A program made the position numbers and the translations under genes. The notes beneath the pieces are model-generated. The model searched no databases. It saw nothing but the letters and a program-made list of their open reading frames with translations, and was not told the origin of the DNA. 64,000 bases of DNA from an uncultured Ignavibacterium sp. (GTDB lineage: Bacteria > Bacteroidota > Ignavibacteria > Ch128b), in NCBI GenBank assembly GCA_964454895.1, contig CAYVTW010000001.1, positions 248,724 to 312,723 of the forward strand. Direction: 5' to 3'. How positions within the stretch are numbered: the stretch's first letter is position 1; each line of letters begins with the position of its first letter. This document shows, piece after piece, positions 54,378 to 64,000 of the stretch.

Positions 54378-55963
54378 TGATTAAAGTTACAACTGCAAGT
54401 GAGATAAGAATACTTGATAAGAAAGCTTCTGATGATTACGGTATCCCTTCGATTATATTAATGGAAAATGCTTCCATTGGAATTGTCGATTTTATTTCAG
54501 AATTATCAAAGGAAAAATCGATAAATAACATTCTTGTTTTTTGTGGTCATGGAAATAATGGGGGTGATGGTTTTGCTGCAGCCCGTCATCTTGTCAATCG
54601 TGGTTTTAATGTATGTGTTGCTTTGGTAGGAAATGTTCAAAAGCTTACAGGTGATGCAAAAACTAATTTTGAAATAATTCAAAAAATATCAGAGACCGAA
54701 GAAAATTTAAAATTGTTTATTAATCCTTCCTCGTTAAACAAACTGAAAAATGTTTTTGATGAACCTTTTGATGTTATTTTGGATGCTCTTCTCGGAACTG
54801 GTTTAAGCTCAGAAATTCGTGAACCATACTTTTCAACTATTCAATGGATAAATAGTTATAAAGCAATTAAAATAGCTATAGATGTCCCAACAGGATTGTC
54901 GAGTGATAGTGGAGAAATTTTAGGAAATGCATTCAAAGCGGATTATACACTTACTATGGGATTACCAAAGGTTGGACTTTTAATTAATGATGGTCCGAGA
55001 GTTTCAGGTAAAATAGAAATTATTGATATTAGTTATCCTCAAGCTCTTAGCAATTCCAATGAGATCAAAAAACATTTGATTGAAGATTATGATATATCAG
55101 AAAGATTACCTCAACGACCCTATGATGCGCATAAGTATTCGGTTGGAAAAATTTTAGCCATTGCTGGTTCTGCAGGTTTAACAGGTGCTGCCAAAATGTC
55201 TTGTGAAGCTGCTCTTAGGGCAGGTTGTGGTGGTGTTTTGCTTTTGACTACAAAGAAACTTCTTAATATTTATGCTAAGAGTCTTAAGGAGGTAATGACT
55301 TTTCAGCTTTCTGAGAATGATGGAAATTATTTCATAGAAAAAGATTTTGAAGAAATTACAAACAAAATCAATTGGTCTGATGTTTTAATGATTGGGCCTG
55401 GATTAGGTCAGAACGATGAGACCGCAAAGTTTTTGGAAAGAATTTTAAAGACTTATCCTGAAAAGAAAAAAGTAATTGATGCGGATGGGCTTAATCTTAT
55501 TTCAAACTATATTCATCAGAAAAAATTATCATTTAAAAATTCAATACTCACTCCTCATCTTGGTGAATTTTCTAGACTTATACAAAAACCAATTGATGAA
55601 ATTAAACAAAAAGTTTTTGAGTTTGGTACTGAATTCGCAAAAAAATTTAATGTTGTATTAGTTTTGAAAGGTGCACCAACAATTGTTTTTTCTCCAAACG
55701 GAGAGTCTTTTATCAACTCAACAGGAAACAGTGGCATGGCGACTGTTGGTATGGGAGATGTTTTAACTGGAATGATTAGTAGTTTCTACGCTCAAGGACT
55801 GTCATCGATAGATGCAGCAATAGTTGGAGTATATTTACATGGATTAGCTGGTGATATCGCAGCGCTAAGAAAGGGAAAATTGAGCTTAATTTCTTCCGAT
55901 GTAATTAAATATATTCCTGATGCAATAAAACTTATTGAAAGTCAAACTTTGGAACTTGAATAA
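54377..55963 (+). CDS. nnr: Bifunctional NAD(P)H-hydrate epimerase/dehydratase (YjeF)
   Basis: LMENA, CGHGNNGGDG, DALLGTG, DVPTG; HKYSVG, IGPGLG, DADGL, TPHLGE, LKG, GMGDVLTG. Confidence 0.93.
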   Translation: MIKVTTASEIRILDKKASDDYGIPSIILMENASIGIVDFISELSKEKSINNILVFCGHGNNGGDGFAAARHLVNRGFNVCVALVGNVQKLTGDAKTNFEIIQKISETEENLKLFINPSSLNKLKNVFDEPFDVILDALLGTGLSSEIREPYFSTIQWINSYKAIKIAIDVPTGLSSDSGEILGNAFKADYTLTMGLPKVGLLINDGPRVSGKIEIIDISYPQALSNSNEIKKHLIEDYDISERLPQRPYDAHKYSVGKILAIAGSAGLTGAAKMSCEAALRAGCGGVLLLTTKKLLNIYAKSLKEVMTFQLSENDGNYFIEKDFEEITNKINWSDVLMIGPGLGQNDETAKFLERILKTYPEKKKVIDADGLNLISNYIHQKKLSFKNSILTPHLGEFSRLIQKPIDEIKQKVFEFGTEFAKKFNVVLVLKGAPTIVFSPNGESFINSTGNSGMATVGMGDVLTGMISSFYAQGLSSIDAAIVGVYLHGLAGDIAALRKGKLSLISSDVIKYIPDAIKLIESQTLELE

Positions 55964-56044
55964 TTATTGCAAGTTATAATTGTTGTAGATTTGATTAAGT
56001 ATTTTTGAAAATTTATTTTTGAACCAAATTAAAAGGAATTAACA

Positions 56045-56701
56045 ATGCCAGTATATAAAACATCAAAAGCAGATTTGAGAAGAAAGTATACTCGTTATGT
56101 AGAAATAAGTCTGATTATTTCACTGGCTTTATTGATCATTGCGTTTAAGTTTTTCCCAAAAATCGAAGCCGGTGAAAAACAATTTCAAGCAGCACAAGAA
56201 CTTGTGAACGTCGAAGATATTGTTAAAACAAAGCAAGAAAATAGACCTCCGCCACCTCCAAAGCCTCCAATTCCAATTGAATCACCTTCAGATAATGTTC
56301 TTGAAGATATTGAGATTGGAAGCACGGAGATTGATCTAACACAGCAGATTGAGGCTCCACCTCCACCAAGAGAGGAAAAGAAAATAGTTGAAGAAGACAT
56401 TCAATATTTCGAAGTAGTTGAAGAAATGCCTGAACCAATTGGTGGAATTGAAGCAATTCAGAAAAAAATAGTATATCCAGAAATTGCTAAAAGAGCTGGT
56501 GTAGAAGGAAAAGTTTATATTTTAGCTTTTGTTGATGAGAATGGTAATGTCACTAAAACTGAAGTATTAAAAGGAATTGGAGCAGGATGTGACGAAGCCG
56601 CTGAAAAAGCTGTCCGTGAGACTAAGTTCAAACCTGGTAAACAAAGAGGAAAACCAGTAAGAGTTAAAGTTGCTGTTCCTATTATTTTCAAATTGAACTA
56701 A
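56045..56701 (+). CDS. tonB: Energy transducer TonB
   Basis: Single TM, proline-rich PPPPPKPPIP, C-domain YPEIAKRAGVEGKV..FKPGKQRGKPVRV. Confidence 0.92.
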   Translation: MPVYKTSKADLRRKYTRYVEISLIISLALLIIAFKFFPKIEAGEKQFQAAQELVNVEDIVKTKQENRPPPPPKPPIPIESPSDNVLEDIEIGSTEIDLTQQIEAPPPPREEKKIVEEDIQYFEVVEEMPEPIGGIEAIQKKIVYPEIAKRAGVEGKVYILAFVDENGNVTKTEVLKGIGAGCDEAAEKAVRETKFKPGKQRGKPVRVKVAVPIIFKLN

Positions 56702-56726
56702 AATAGGTTTTTAAAGAACATTAGTG

Positions 56727-56755
56727 AAAAAGCCTCAGCAAACCTGAGGCTTTTT
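56727..56755. terminator. Bidirectional intrinsic terminator between tonB and the HIT gene
   Basis: AAAAAGCCTCAG-caaac-CTGAGGCTTTTT. Confidence 0.9.
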
Positions 56756-56925
56756 GTTTTTAAATATTCATAAACTTCTAAGGAGTTGCTTCAATATTTA
56801 ACTTGATGAATTTTATTAGTTGATTAAAAAAGATAGGTATGTATGATAAACTATTCATTTAAATCTTTGATCTTGAATAAAAATAATTGTTCGAGAGTCT
56901 TTTTTATCATTTAAGATGCTCTTGA

Positions 56926-57267
56926 TCATCCCGGAGGCCAAGACATTACTCTTCCACCAATTAAATGCAAATGAATATGAAATACGGCCTGACCTGCATC
57001 TTTCCCAGTATTAAAAACAAGGCGGTAACCAGTAAGATTTAATCCAAGCTTCTTCGCATATTCTTTTGCTTGGAAAATTAACTCACCGAGTAAGTTAATA
57101 TCTTCTAATGCAGCATTATCTAACCGATCGATGTGCTTTTTTGGAACGAATAGAATATGAGTTGGTGCAACTGGATTAATATCATTAAATCCAACTATAT
57201 TTTCGTTCTCAAATACTACACTGGAATTGATTTCTTTATTTACGATTTTACAAAAAATGCACTCCAC
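56926..57267 (-). CDS. Histidine triad nucleotide-binding protein (HinT-like)
   Basis: CIFCKI, AGQAVFHIHLH, WPPG; GTG start with SD GAGGAGG. Confidence 0.93.
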   Translation of the reverse strand: MECIFCKIVNKEINSSVVFENENIVGFNDINPVAPTHILFVPKKHIDRLDNAALEDINLLGELIFQAKEYAKKLGLNLTGYRLVFNTGKDAGQAVFHIHLHLIGGRVMSWPPG

Positions 57268-57269
57268 TT

Positions 57270-58625
57270 TTAATCCTCCTTCTCTATACCGTATTTTTTT
57301 ATTTTGTTATAAAGATGGCTTCTTTGAATTCCAATTGCTTCAGCTGTCTTAGAAATATTCCAATTATATTGTTTTAATTTTTTTGTGATGAAAATTTTTT
57401 CCATTTTATCTTTAAAATCTTGAAACGAATCGTTTATGAAATCAATTTCTGATTCAGTTTTGAAGTAGGGGAATAGCTGCTGCCTTACATCTTCCAGGGA
57501 GTAGATACTTTTTGAGTTCATTATAATAATTCTTTCAACAAGATTTCGAAGCTCACGAACATTACCTTTCCACTCAAGATTCTTAAGATATTCAATAGCA
57601 TCTTCACTAAATTTTTTTTCTGGAAATTTATTTTCTTCACAAACTTTTTTAGTGAAGTATTCAATTAAATGGGGAATATCTTCTCTTCGTTCACGAAGTG
57701 GGGGAACATTAATCACAATTACACTTAATCTATGAAACAAATCCTCACGAAATCTTCCTTCTGAAATTTCTTTCATTAAATTTTTATTTGTTGCAGCAAT
57801 GATCCGAACATCGACAGGAATTTTATTTTTACCACCAACTCTTTCAATTGCTCCTTCTTCGATAGATCTTAAAACTTTAGCTTGTGCGCTTAATGACATA
57901 TCACCAATCTCATCTAAAAACAATGTTCCACCATTTGCTTGTTCGAATTTACCAATGCGAAGAGAAGTTGCACCAGTAAACGCGCCTTTCTCGTGACCAA
58001 ATAATTCAGACTCAATCAACTCATTAGGAATTGCAGCACAATTGATCTCTACGAAAGGTTTATCAGCACGATTACTCAATCGATAAATTGCTCTTGCAAC
58101 TAATTCTTTTCCCGTTCCATTTTCACCTGTTATTAGAACTCTCGAATTTGTAGGTGCAACTTTTTTTATCGTCTCTAGAATATTTTTAATCGCTTCACTT
58201 TGTCCAACTATTTCATACTTTCTTTCGACTTTTTCTTTTAGTTGCTTATTCTTTTGGAGTAAATCCGATTGTTGGACGGCGTTTCTTACAGTTATTAGAA
58301 GTTTATCTCGATCAATAGGTTTTTCAATAAAATCATAAGCGCCTTTTTTAGTTGCTTCAACTGCATTTCCTAAACTAGCATGAGCTGAAATCATTATTAC
58401 AGATATAGAATCATTAATCTCTTTAATTTTTGTGATTGCTTCGAGACCATCCATCTCTGGCATTTTTATATCTAGCAAAATTGCATTGTAAGAATTTTGT
58501 TTTATTTTGTTCAGCCCCTCGATTGCATTGTGTGCAATGTCAACCGCATAATTTTCATATTCGAGGATCATCTTGATTGATTCGCAGATATTTTGATCGT
58601 CGTCGATTATGAGTACTCTTTCCAT
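57270..58625 (-). CDS. Sigma54-dependent response regulator (NtrX/AtoC-like)
   Basis: REC (IIDDD, LDIKMP); AAA+ GENGTGKE, GAFTGA, FLDEIGD; Fis-type HTH. Confidence 0.93.
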   Translation of the reverse strand: MERVLIIDDDQNICESIKMILEYENYAVDIAHNAIEGLNKIKQNSYNAILLDIKMPEMDGLEAITKIKEINDSISVIMISAHASLGNAVEATKKGAYDFIEKPIDRDKLLITVRNAVQQSDLLQKNKQLKEKVERKYEIVGQSEAIKNILETIKKVAPTNSRVLITGENGTGKELVARAIYRLSNRADKPFVEINCAAIPNELIESELFGHEKGAFTGATSLRIGKFEQANGGTLFLDEIGDMSLSAQAKVLRSIEEGAIERVGGKNKIPVDVRIIAATNKNLMKEISEGRFREDLFHRLSVIVINVPPLRERREDIPHLIEYFTKKVCEENKFPEKKFSEDAIEYLKNLEWKGNVRELRNLVERIIIMNSKSIYSLEDVRQQLFPYFKTESEIDFINDSFQDFKDKMEKIFITKKLKQYNWNISKTAEAIGIQRSHLYNKIKKYGIEKED

Positions 58626-59114
58626 AAATTCGCTTCTTTACTTCACGAAAATAAGAGATGTTATAGTAATTTTATAATTGGATTTTTAGAATAATTTTGG
58701 ATCAGATTGGCTGATCTTAAAATATTAAGAACTATTATTCCATTTAGACGCAAATTTATGACTTAACTTTTTTTGCGAAATTAAAAAGTAATAAACTAAA
58801 ATTTAATCGACATTTTAAATCAAGTTTGAAGTTGATAGGACAAGTAAAAGTGATATAAAGAATATTTAATTAAGTGAAGATTATTTAGAGTGATTTTTAT
58901 CTTTTTTCATAAAAATTTGCTAGTAAGGAATGGCTTCAAAAGTAAACTTATAAGTGATTTTGTTAGCATCATTAATCATTTATTCTCATTTTTTCTTCAC
59001 TTTAAAAATTTGTCAATTACGATTGTCAGCTATTTATCTATCATTAAAGATTGTGATTAATAATTTAGTCAAAGAGATATCCATATAAATATTCAATTGA
59101 TTACCATTTTGATT

Positions 59115-60764
59115 TTAAGTTTGAATTACACCTGTTATGAATGGCTTTGTGATAGGCGAATGATTAGCCATTGCAATTCCAAGCGAAATTATCTTTCTAA
59201 TATCTCGTGGATCAATGATTTCATCAACCCATATTCTTGCAGCAGCATAAAGTGCTTCGCTTTGCTTCTCATATTTTTCTGAAATTTCCTGTAAAATTTT
59301 CTTCTTTTCTTCTTCAGAAATTTCTTTTCCCTCTTTAGTTAACTGATTAATTTTAATATTCAGAAGAGTATTGCTTGCTTGAGCTCCACCCATTACAGCA
59401 ATTCTTGAATTTGGAAAAGCAAAAATTAATCTTGGGTCATATGCTTTACCGCACATTGCATAATTTCCAGCGCCATAAGAATTACCAACTATGAAAGTAA
59501 ATTTTGGAACAACAGAATTTGCAACAGCATTCACCATTTTTGCTCCATCTTTGATAATTCCTCCATGCTCAGCACGAGAACCAACCATAAATCCTGTTAC
59601 ATCTTGCAAAAAAATCAGAGGAATTTTCTTCTGATTACAGTTCATTATAAATCTTGTTGCTTTATCGGCACTATCCGAATAAATCACTCCACCAATTTGG
59701 ATTTCACCACTTTTAGTTTTAACAAGAGATCTTTGATTAGCTATAATACCAACAGCCCAACCATCAATTCTTGCGTATGCTGTGATTATGGTTTTACCGT
59801 AATTTTTTTTGTACTCATCGAATTCTCCTTCATCTACGATACAACTCAAAATATCATACATATCGTAGGGAGTAATTGTATCTTTAGGTAAAATTCCAAG
59901 AATATCTTCCGGTGAATTCTCAGGTGGTTTTGGTGTTGTTCTATTGAAACCTTCAAATTTTTGTCCTGAAATTTTATCTACAAGACTTCTAATTAGCAGA
60001 ATTGCTTCTTCATCATTCTTTACTTTATAATCTGTAACCCCACTTATTGACGAATGAACTTCAGCACCTCCAAGTGCTTCGTTATCAATGTCTTCACCAA
60101 TTGCGGCTTTCACTAAATGGCTTCCAGCAAGAAAAACACTACCTGTTCCTTCAACTATAATCGCTTCGTCACTCATGATTGGTAGATAAGCACCGCCGGC
60201 CACACAAGGTCCCATAATTGCAGCAATTTGTGGAATTCCCATTGCTGACATAATCGCATTGTTTCTGAATATTCTGCCGAAATGCTCTTTATCGGGAAAG
60301 ATTTCATCCTGCATTGGAAGATAAACACCAGCACTATCAACCAAATAAATAATTGGAATACGATTTTCTATCGCTATTTCTTGTGCTCTCAAATTTTTCT
60401 TGCATGTAATTGGAAACCATGCACCTGCTTTAACTGTTGCATCGTTTGCTACAATTACACAAAGTTTTTTCGAAACATAACCTAAACCAATAATAGTACC
60501 TGATGCAGGGATGTATTCTTCATAAAGTTCATGACCAGCAAAGATGCCGAGTTCAAAAAATTCTGTTCCTGGATCGATCAATAATTTTATTCTATCCCTA
60601 ACAAACATCTTACCTTTTTTCAAATGAGCTGCTAGAGCCGATTTGCCTCCGCCCTCCTTAATTTTATCGGACTTGGCTTTTAATATTCTTAAGAGGTTTT
60701 TGTGAAAATCCATTCTTTCGAAGAAAGCAGTATCTTTTTTTATTACACGATTTAGTTTTGTCAT
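59115..60764 (-). CDS. Acyl-CoA carboxylase carboxyltransferase subunit (methylcrotonyl-CoA carboxylase beta-like)
   Basis: ANDATVKAG, KKNLRAQEIA, LVDSAG, CVAGGAY, DVTGFMVG, GAGNYAMCG. Confidence 0.88.
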   Translation of the reverse strand: MTKLNRVIKKDTAFFERMDFHKNLLRILKAKSDKIKEGGGKSALAAHLKKGKMFVRDRIKLLIDPGTEFFELGIFAGHELYEEYIPASGTIIGLGYVSKKLCVIVANDATVKAGAWFPITCKKNLRAQEIAIENRIPIIYLVDSAGVYLPMQDEIFPDKEHFGRIFRNNAIMSAMGIPQIAAIMGPCVAGGAYLPIMSDEAIIVEGTGSVFLAGSHLVKAAIGEDIDNEALGGAEVHSSISGVTDYKVKNDEEAILLIRSLVDKISGQKFEGFNRTTPKPPENSPEDILGILPKDTITPYDMYDILSCIVDEGEFDEYKKNYGKTIITAYARIDGWAVGIIANQRSLVKTKSGEIQIGGVIYSDSADKATRFIMNCNQKKIPLIFLQDVTGFMVGSRAEHGGIIKDGAKMVNAVANSVVPKFTFIVGNSYGAGNYAMCGKAYDPRLIFAFPNSRIAVMGGAQASNTLLNIKINQLTKEGKEISEEEKKKILQEISEKYEKQSEALYAAARIWVDEIIDPRDIRKIISLGIAMANHSPITKPFITGVIQT

Positions 60765-60771
60765 AACCCAC

Positions 60772-61920
60772 TTAGAATTGGTTTAGGATAGATTTTGCAA
60801 TAATTAATTTTTGAATTTCGGAAGTACCTTCTCCGATGGTTGTGAGTTTTACATCACGATAGAATTTTTCGACTGGAAAGTCTTTAGTAAAACCATAACC
60901 ACCGTGAATTTGAATGGCTTGTTCTGTTATTCTCACTGCCGCTTCGCTTGCATAGTATTTTGCAACTGATGCTTCGTAGGCGACATCTTTACCTTCATCC
61001 TTCAAATAAGCAGCACGATATACAAGTAATCTCGCTGCTTCAATCATCGTTTTCATATCTGCTAATTTGAATTGAATTCCTTGAAACTCAGAAATTGGTC
61101 TACCAAACTGTTCTCTTTCCCTTGAATATTTTAGAGCGGCTTCGAAAGCACCTTCGGCTAGACCTAATGCCATAGCTGCAATTGATATTCTTCCTCCAAT
61201 AAGAATTTTTAACGCATTCATAAAACCTTCGTTTTCGTTGCCTAAAAGATTTTCCTCAGGGACTTCGAGGTTTTCAAAGGAGAGTTGAGCTGTATCGCTT
61301 GCTCTTGTTCCCAATTTATTTTCTTTCTTCAATACAATATAACCAGGTGAGTTTGTCTCAACAATAAAAGCAGAGATACCATATTTGCCTTTATCTGGAT
61401 TTGTTTTTGCAAATACAACAGCAATTTCACCAATAGAACCATGCGTTGCAAAAGTTTTGGAGCCATTGATTATGTATTTACCGTTTTCTTTCTTTGCAAT
61501 TGATTTTAAGGCCCCTGCATCGCTTCCTGACGATGGCTCTGTTAAACACCACGCACCTATCCATTTACCTTGTGCAAGATTGATTAAATATTTTTCTTTT
61601 TGCTCTTTGTTAGCAAAGATGTTTATGTGATTAGTGCACAGTCCATTATGTGCTGCTAGAGAAAGAGCAATTGAAGGATCATAACGAGCAAGTTCTTCCA
61701 CAATTAGAGCATAATGTATATAACCAAGTCCAGCGCCACCATATTCTTCAGGAACCAATATTCCCATAAAACCTTGTTCACCAAGTTTAGAAAAAATATC
61801 TCTTGGGAAGATTTGTTCTTCGTCCCATTTCATAATATTTGGAACAATTTCGCTTTCGGCAAATTCACGAATTGTTGTTTGAATTAATTTTAATTGATCA
61901 TCAAGATTGTAGCCGTACAT
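60772..61920 (-). CDS. Acyl-CoA dehydrogenase
   Basis: LTEPSSGSD, NGSKTF, GGRISIA, REQFGRPI, QIHGGYG, IGEGTSEIQ. Confidence 0.95.
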   Translation of the reverse strand: MYGYNLDDQLKLIQTTIREFAESEIVPNIMKWDEEQIFPRDIFSKLGEQGFMGILVPEEYGGAGLGYIHYALIVEELARYDPSIALSLAAHNGLCTNHINIFANKEQKEKYLINLAQGKWIGAWCLTEPSSGSDAGALKSIAKKENGKYIINGSKTFATHGSIGEIAVVFAKTNPDKGKYGISAFIVETNSPGYIVLKKENKLGTRASDTAQLSFENLEVPEENLLGNENEGFMNALKILIGGRISIAAMALGLAEGAFEAALKYSREREQFGRPISEFQGIQFKLADMKTMIEAARLLVYRAAYLKDEGKDVAYEASVAKYYASEAAVRITEQAIQIHGGYGFTKDFPVEKFYRDVKLTTIGEGTSEIQKLIIAKSILNQF

Positions 61921-62506
61921 TCACCCTCCAAATTTATTTTGGTTTGATATTGTTGTGGATTTAATTCAAAAAACAGTGTTTCATTTTTCGGAGTTCCACT
62001 ATTTAGAAAATCTTCCAATCTAGATAGAAATTTCGTTCGCAAGATATAAAATTGAAAAGATAAATTCTTGAATATGTGTAGCTCATAGCATTGGATTAAA
62101 ATCATGCATTTGACTGATTGTTAAGATGAGGTAAAAAATTATTATGACAATAAAAGTAAGTGATTACACTTAAAATAAAATCAAATTGTAAGGTAAGAAC
62201 GAGAGGTTTATATCTGTAAGTATTACTTATTGATGATAATACTATACTCTGAAAAAGCTCTTAGATGTGTATTAGTTAAATGAGCTATAAGCGAATAAAA
62301 TGGAATTTAATGGAAAACAAGAGTATCTATAATGATTTTAATCTTACTTACAATCACAGCTTTGATTATTTAAGAATGCCAGAAAAAAATATAATTCAAG
62401 CGTGCTTGATGATACTAGGAGAAACTCTTGCGATACAATAAATTTTTGATTTAAGAGAGAAGTTTTGTCTAATTCACAAGGTTATAGAAAAAAAATAAAG
62501 TGTTGT

Positions 62507-62725
62507 ATGGAATTCATAAAAAACTTAATACTAAAATTTTTCAGGTCTAAATATTCAAAACTCGGATTTTACTTTTTGTTAGTAAATCAATTCTTGATAA
62601 TATCAAAAGCAATTTTTGAATTTGAGAAAACTTTGAAATTGAGTGGATTTAATAACTTAATGATAGTAACCAACGCATTGGTTTTAATTATATACTACAT
62701 AACCTATCTTCATCTCAAAAAGTGA
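62507..62725 (+). CDS. Possible small membrane protein (72 aa from ATG 62507)
   Basis: Non-overlapping ORF with two hydrophobic segments, ending 10 nt from the convergent meaB stop; no family recognised. Confidence 0.35.
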   Translation: MEFIKNLILKFFRSKYSKLGFYFLLVNQFLIISKAIFEFEKTLKLSGFNNLMIVTNALVLIIYYITYLHLKK

Positions 62726-62735
62726 GAGCAGATTT

Positions 62736-63686
62736 TTAATTACCGTTCCTAAAGTTTTCAACAAGTTCGTTGACTACATTAGATAACTTTTCCCTTCCAT
62801 CAAAAATCATTTTTATTTTTTCATTGAGTATGATATTTCGCTCTTTAGTCCATAATTCTTTCTTCAACTGGTTAGAAATCAAATCTTTAATTCTATTCTT
62901 AAATCTTATTTCTCTTTTTTTCTGAAGTAAATCATTCTTTGATAAGTATTCCCGATGTTCTAAAATACTCTGATAAAGTTCCTCGATACCTTTGTACTCT
63001 GCAGCTATTGTTTTAATAATTGGAGGGAGCCAAGTATTTTCGTCGTGATCTCTAAATGAGAGTATAAACTGTAAAGAAGCAACTGCTTGATCGGCACCAG
63101 CTCGATCAGCTTTATTCATTACAAAAATATCACCAATTTCCATCAAACCAGCTTTCATCGCTTGAATAGAATCACCAGCTTCGGGAACAAGAACAACGGC
63201 AGTTGTATCAACATTATTTGCAATATCAAGTTCTGATTGACCGACACCAACTGTTTCATAAATAGTGAAATCAAATTGAGCGTAATCGAAAACATCCCCA
63301 GCTTCTGATGCAAACTTGGTAAGTCCGCCAAGACTTCCTCTAGATGCCATACTGCGAATAAAAACTTGTGGATGAGTACCAATTTCGGACATTCGGATTC
63401 TATCACCAAGTAAGGCACCACCAGTGAAAGGAGAAGTTGGATCGACGGCAATAACTCCGACGTAATACTTTTTTTCAACTAAATACCTTACTAAAGCGTT
63501 TGTCAATGTACTTTTTCCAGCACCTGGTGGGCCTGTTATTCCAATTCTATACGATTTGCCAAAGCTTGAAGAGATTTCATCGATAATCTTTTGTGAAAGG
63601 GGAGTGTTGTTTTCAATTTCAGTTAATGCTTTGGCAATGGCTCTTTTTTCTTTTCTAGAAATTCTTTCAAGAAGATCATTAATCAT
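62736..63686 (-). CDS. meaB: Methylmalonyl-CoA mutase-associated GTPase MeaB/ArgK
   Basis: GITGPPGAGKST, AVDPTSPFTGGALLGDRIRM, ETVGVGQSE, NKAD. Confidence 0.93.
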   Translation of the reverse strand: MINDLLERISRKEKRAIAKALTEIENNTPLSQKIIDEISSSFGKSYRIGITGPPGAGKSTLTNALVRYLVEKKYYVGVIAVDPTSPFTGGALLGDRIRMSEIGTHPQVFIRSMASRGSLGGLTKFASEAGDVFDYAQFDFTIYETVGVGQSELDIANNVDTTAVVLVPEAGDSIQAMKAGLMEIGDIFVMNKADRAGADQAVASLQFILSFRDHDENTWLPPIIKTIAAEYKGIEELYQSILEHREYLSKNDLLQKKREIRFKNRIKDLISNQLKKELWTKERNIILNEKIKMIFDGREKLSNVVNELVENFRNGN

Positions 63687-64000
63687 CGATCAATAGTAAT
63701 TGATTTATAATAATCGATTGTTTCTTTTAATCCGTCTTTTAGAAGAGTATCTGGTTTCCAACCAAATTTTTTGAAAAGTTTATTTGATGTGATTACACTT
63801 CGCATCTGTTCTCCTGGTTTTGCAGGTCCGTGAACCTCTCTAATTTGATTGTCAAAATTTTCATTGATCAATTTGAATAGTTCATTGACACTTGTTTCGA
63901 TGCCTGTTCCAACATTATATATTTCAGATTCTTCTTCCTCAAGAGTAAGTAAATTCGCTTTTACAACATCTTTAACATAAACATAATCGCGAGTTTGCTC
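63683..64000 (-). CDS. NAD-dependent epimerase/dehydratase (GalE-like), C-terminal part, truncated by window edge
   Basis: Open frame to position 64000 reading EQTRDYVYVKDVVKAN..IYNVGTG..GWKP..LKDGL. Confidence 0.85.
   Translation of the reverse strand, partial: EQTRDYVYVKDVVKANLLTLEEEESEIYNVGTGIETSVNELFKLINENFDNQIREVHGPAKPGEQMRSVITSNKLFKKFGWKPDTLLKDGLKETIDYYKSITIDR

Overview
AT-rich chromosomal segment made mostly of housekeeping genes. I see no integrase, transposase, prophage gene or CRISPR array. Gene content and TAnnTTTG-like promoter boxes suggest an FCB-group diderm, most likely Ignavibacteria (inference only). Contents in order: a TonB-dependent receptor / ~1180-aa secreted protein / PorV-family barrel triad (1-6524); tRNA-Leu and hpnCDE; a class A-like serine hydrolase; eukaryote-type citrate synthase; nusB, MFS, nfeD, slipin, tRNA-Gly; DUF1015-serC; a baeRF3-like gene; tRNA-Gly and tRNA-Cys; yyaL, ABC ATPase, ydcF; pyrG and a TPR gene; purNH-mreBCD-mrdA-rodA; a second, divergent copy of the triad (35511-42981); nth; csp; a small hyper-acidic protein; asnS-nuoJKLM-[ion transporter]-[hypothetical]-nuoN-nnr; tonB; HIT and a sigma54 regulator; carboxyltransferase beta and acyl-CoA dehydrogenase; meaB; a truncated epimerase. 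The best candidate for an undescribed system is the duplicated triad, which may be a SusD-free outer-membrane uptake or surface-display machine. Other leads are the transporter inserted inside the complex I membrane-arm genes, the acidic protein, and DUF1015-serC. All family calls come from motif recognition; no searches were run.
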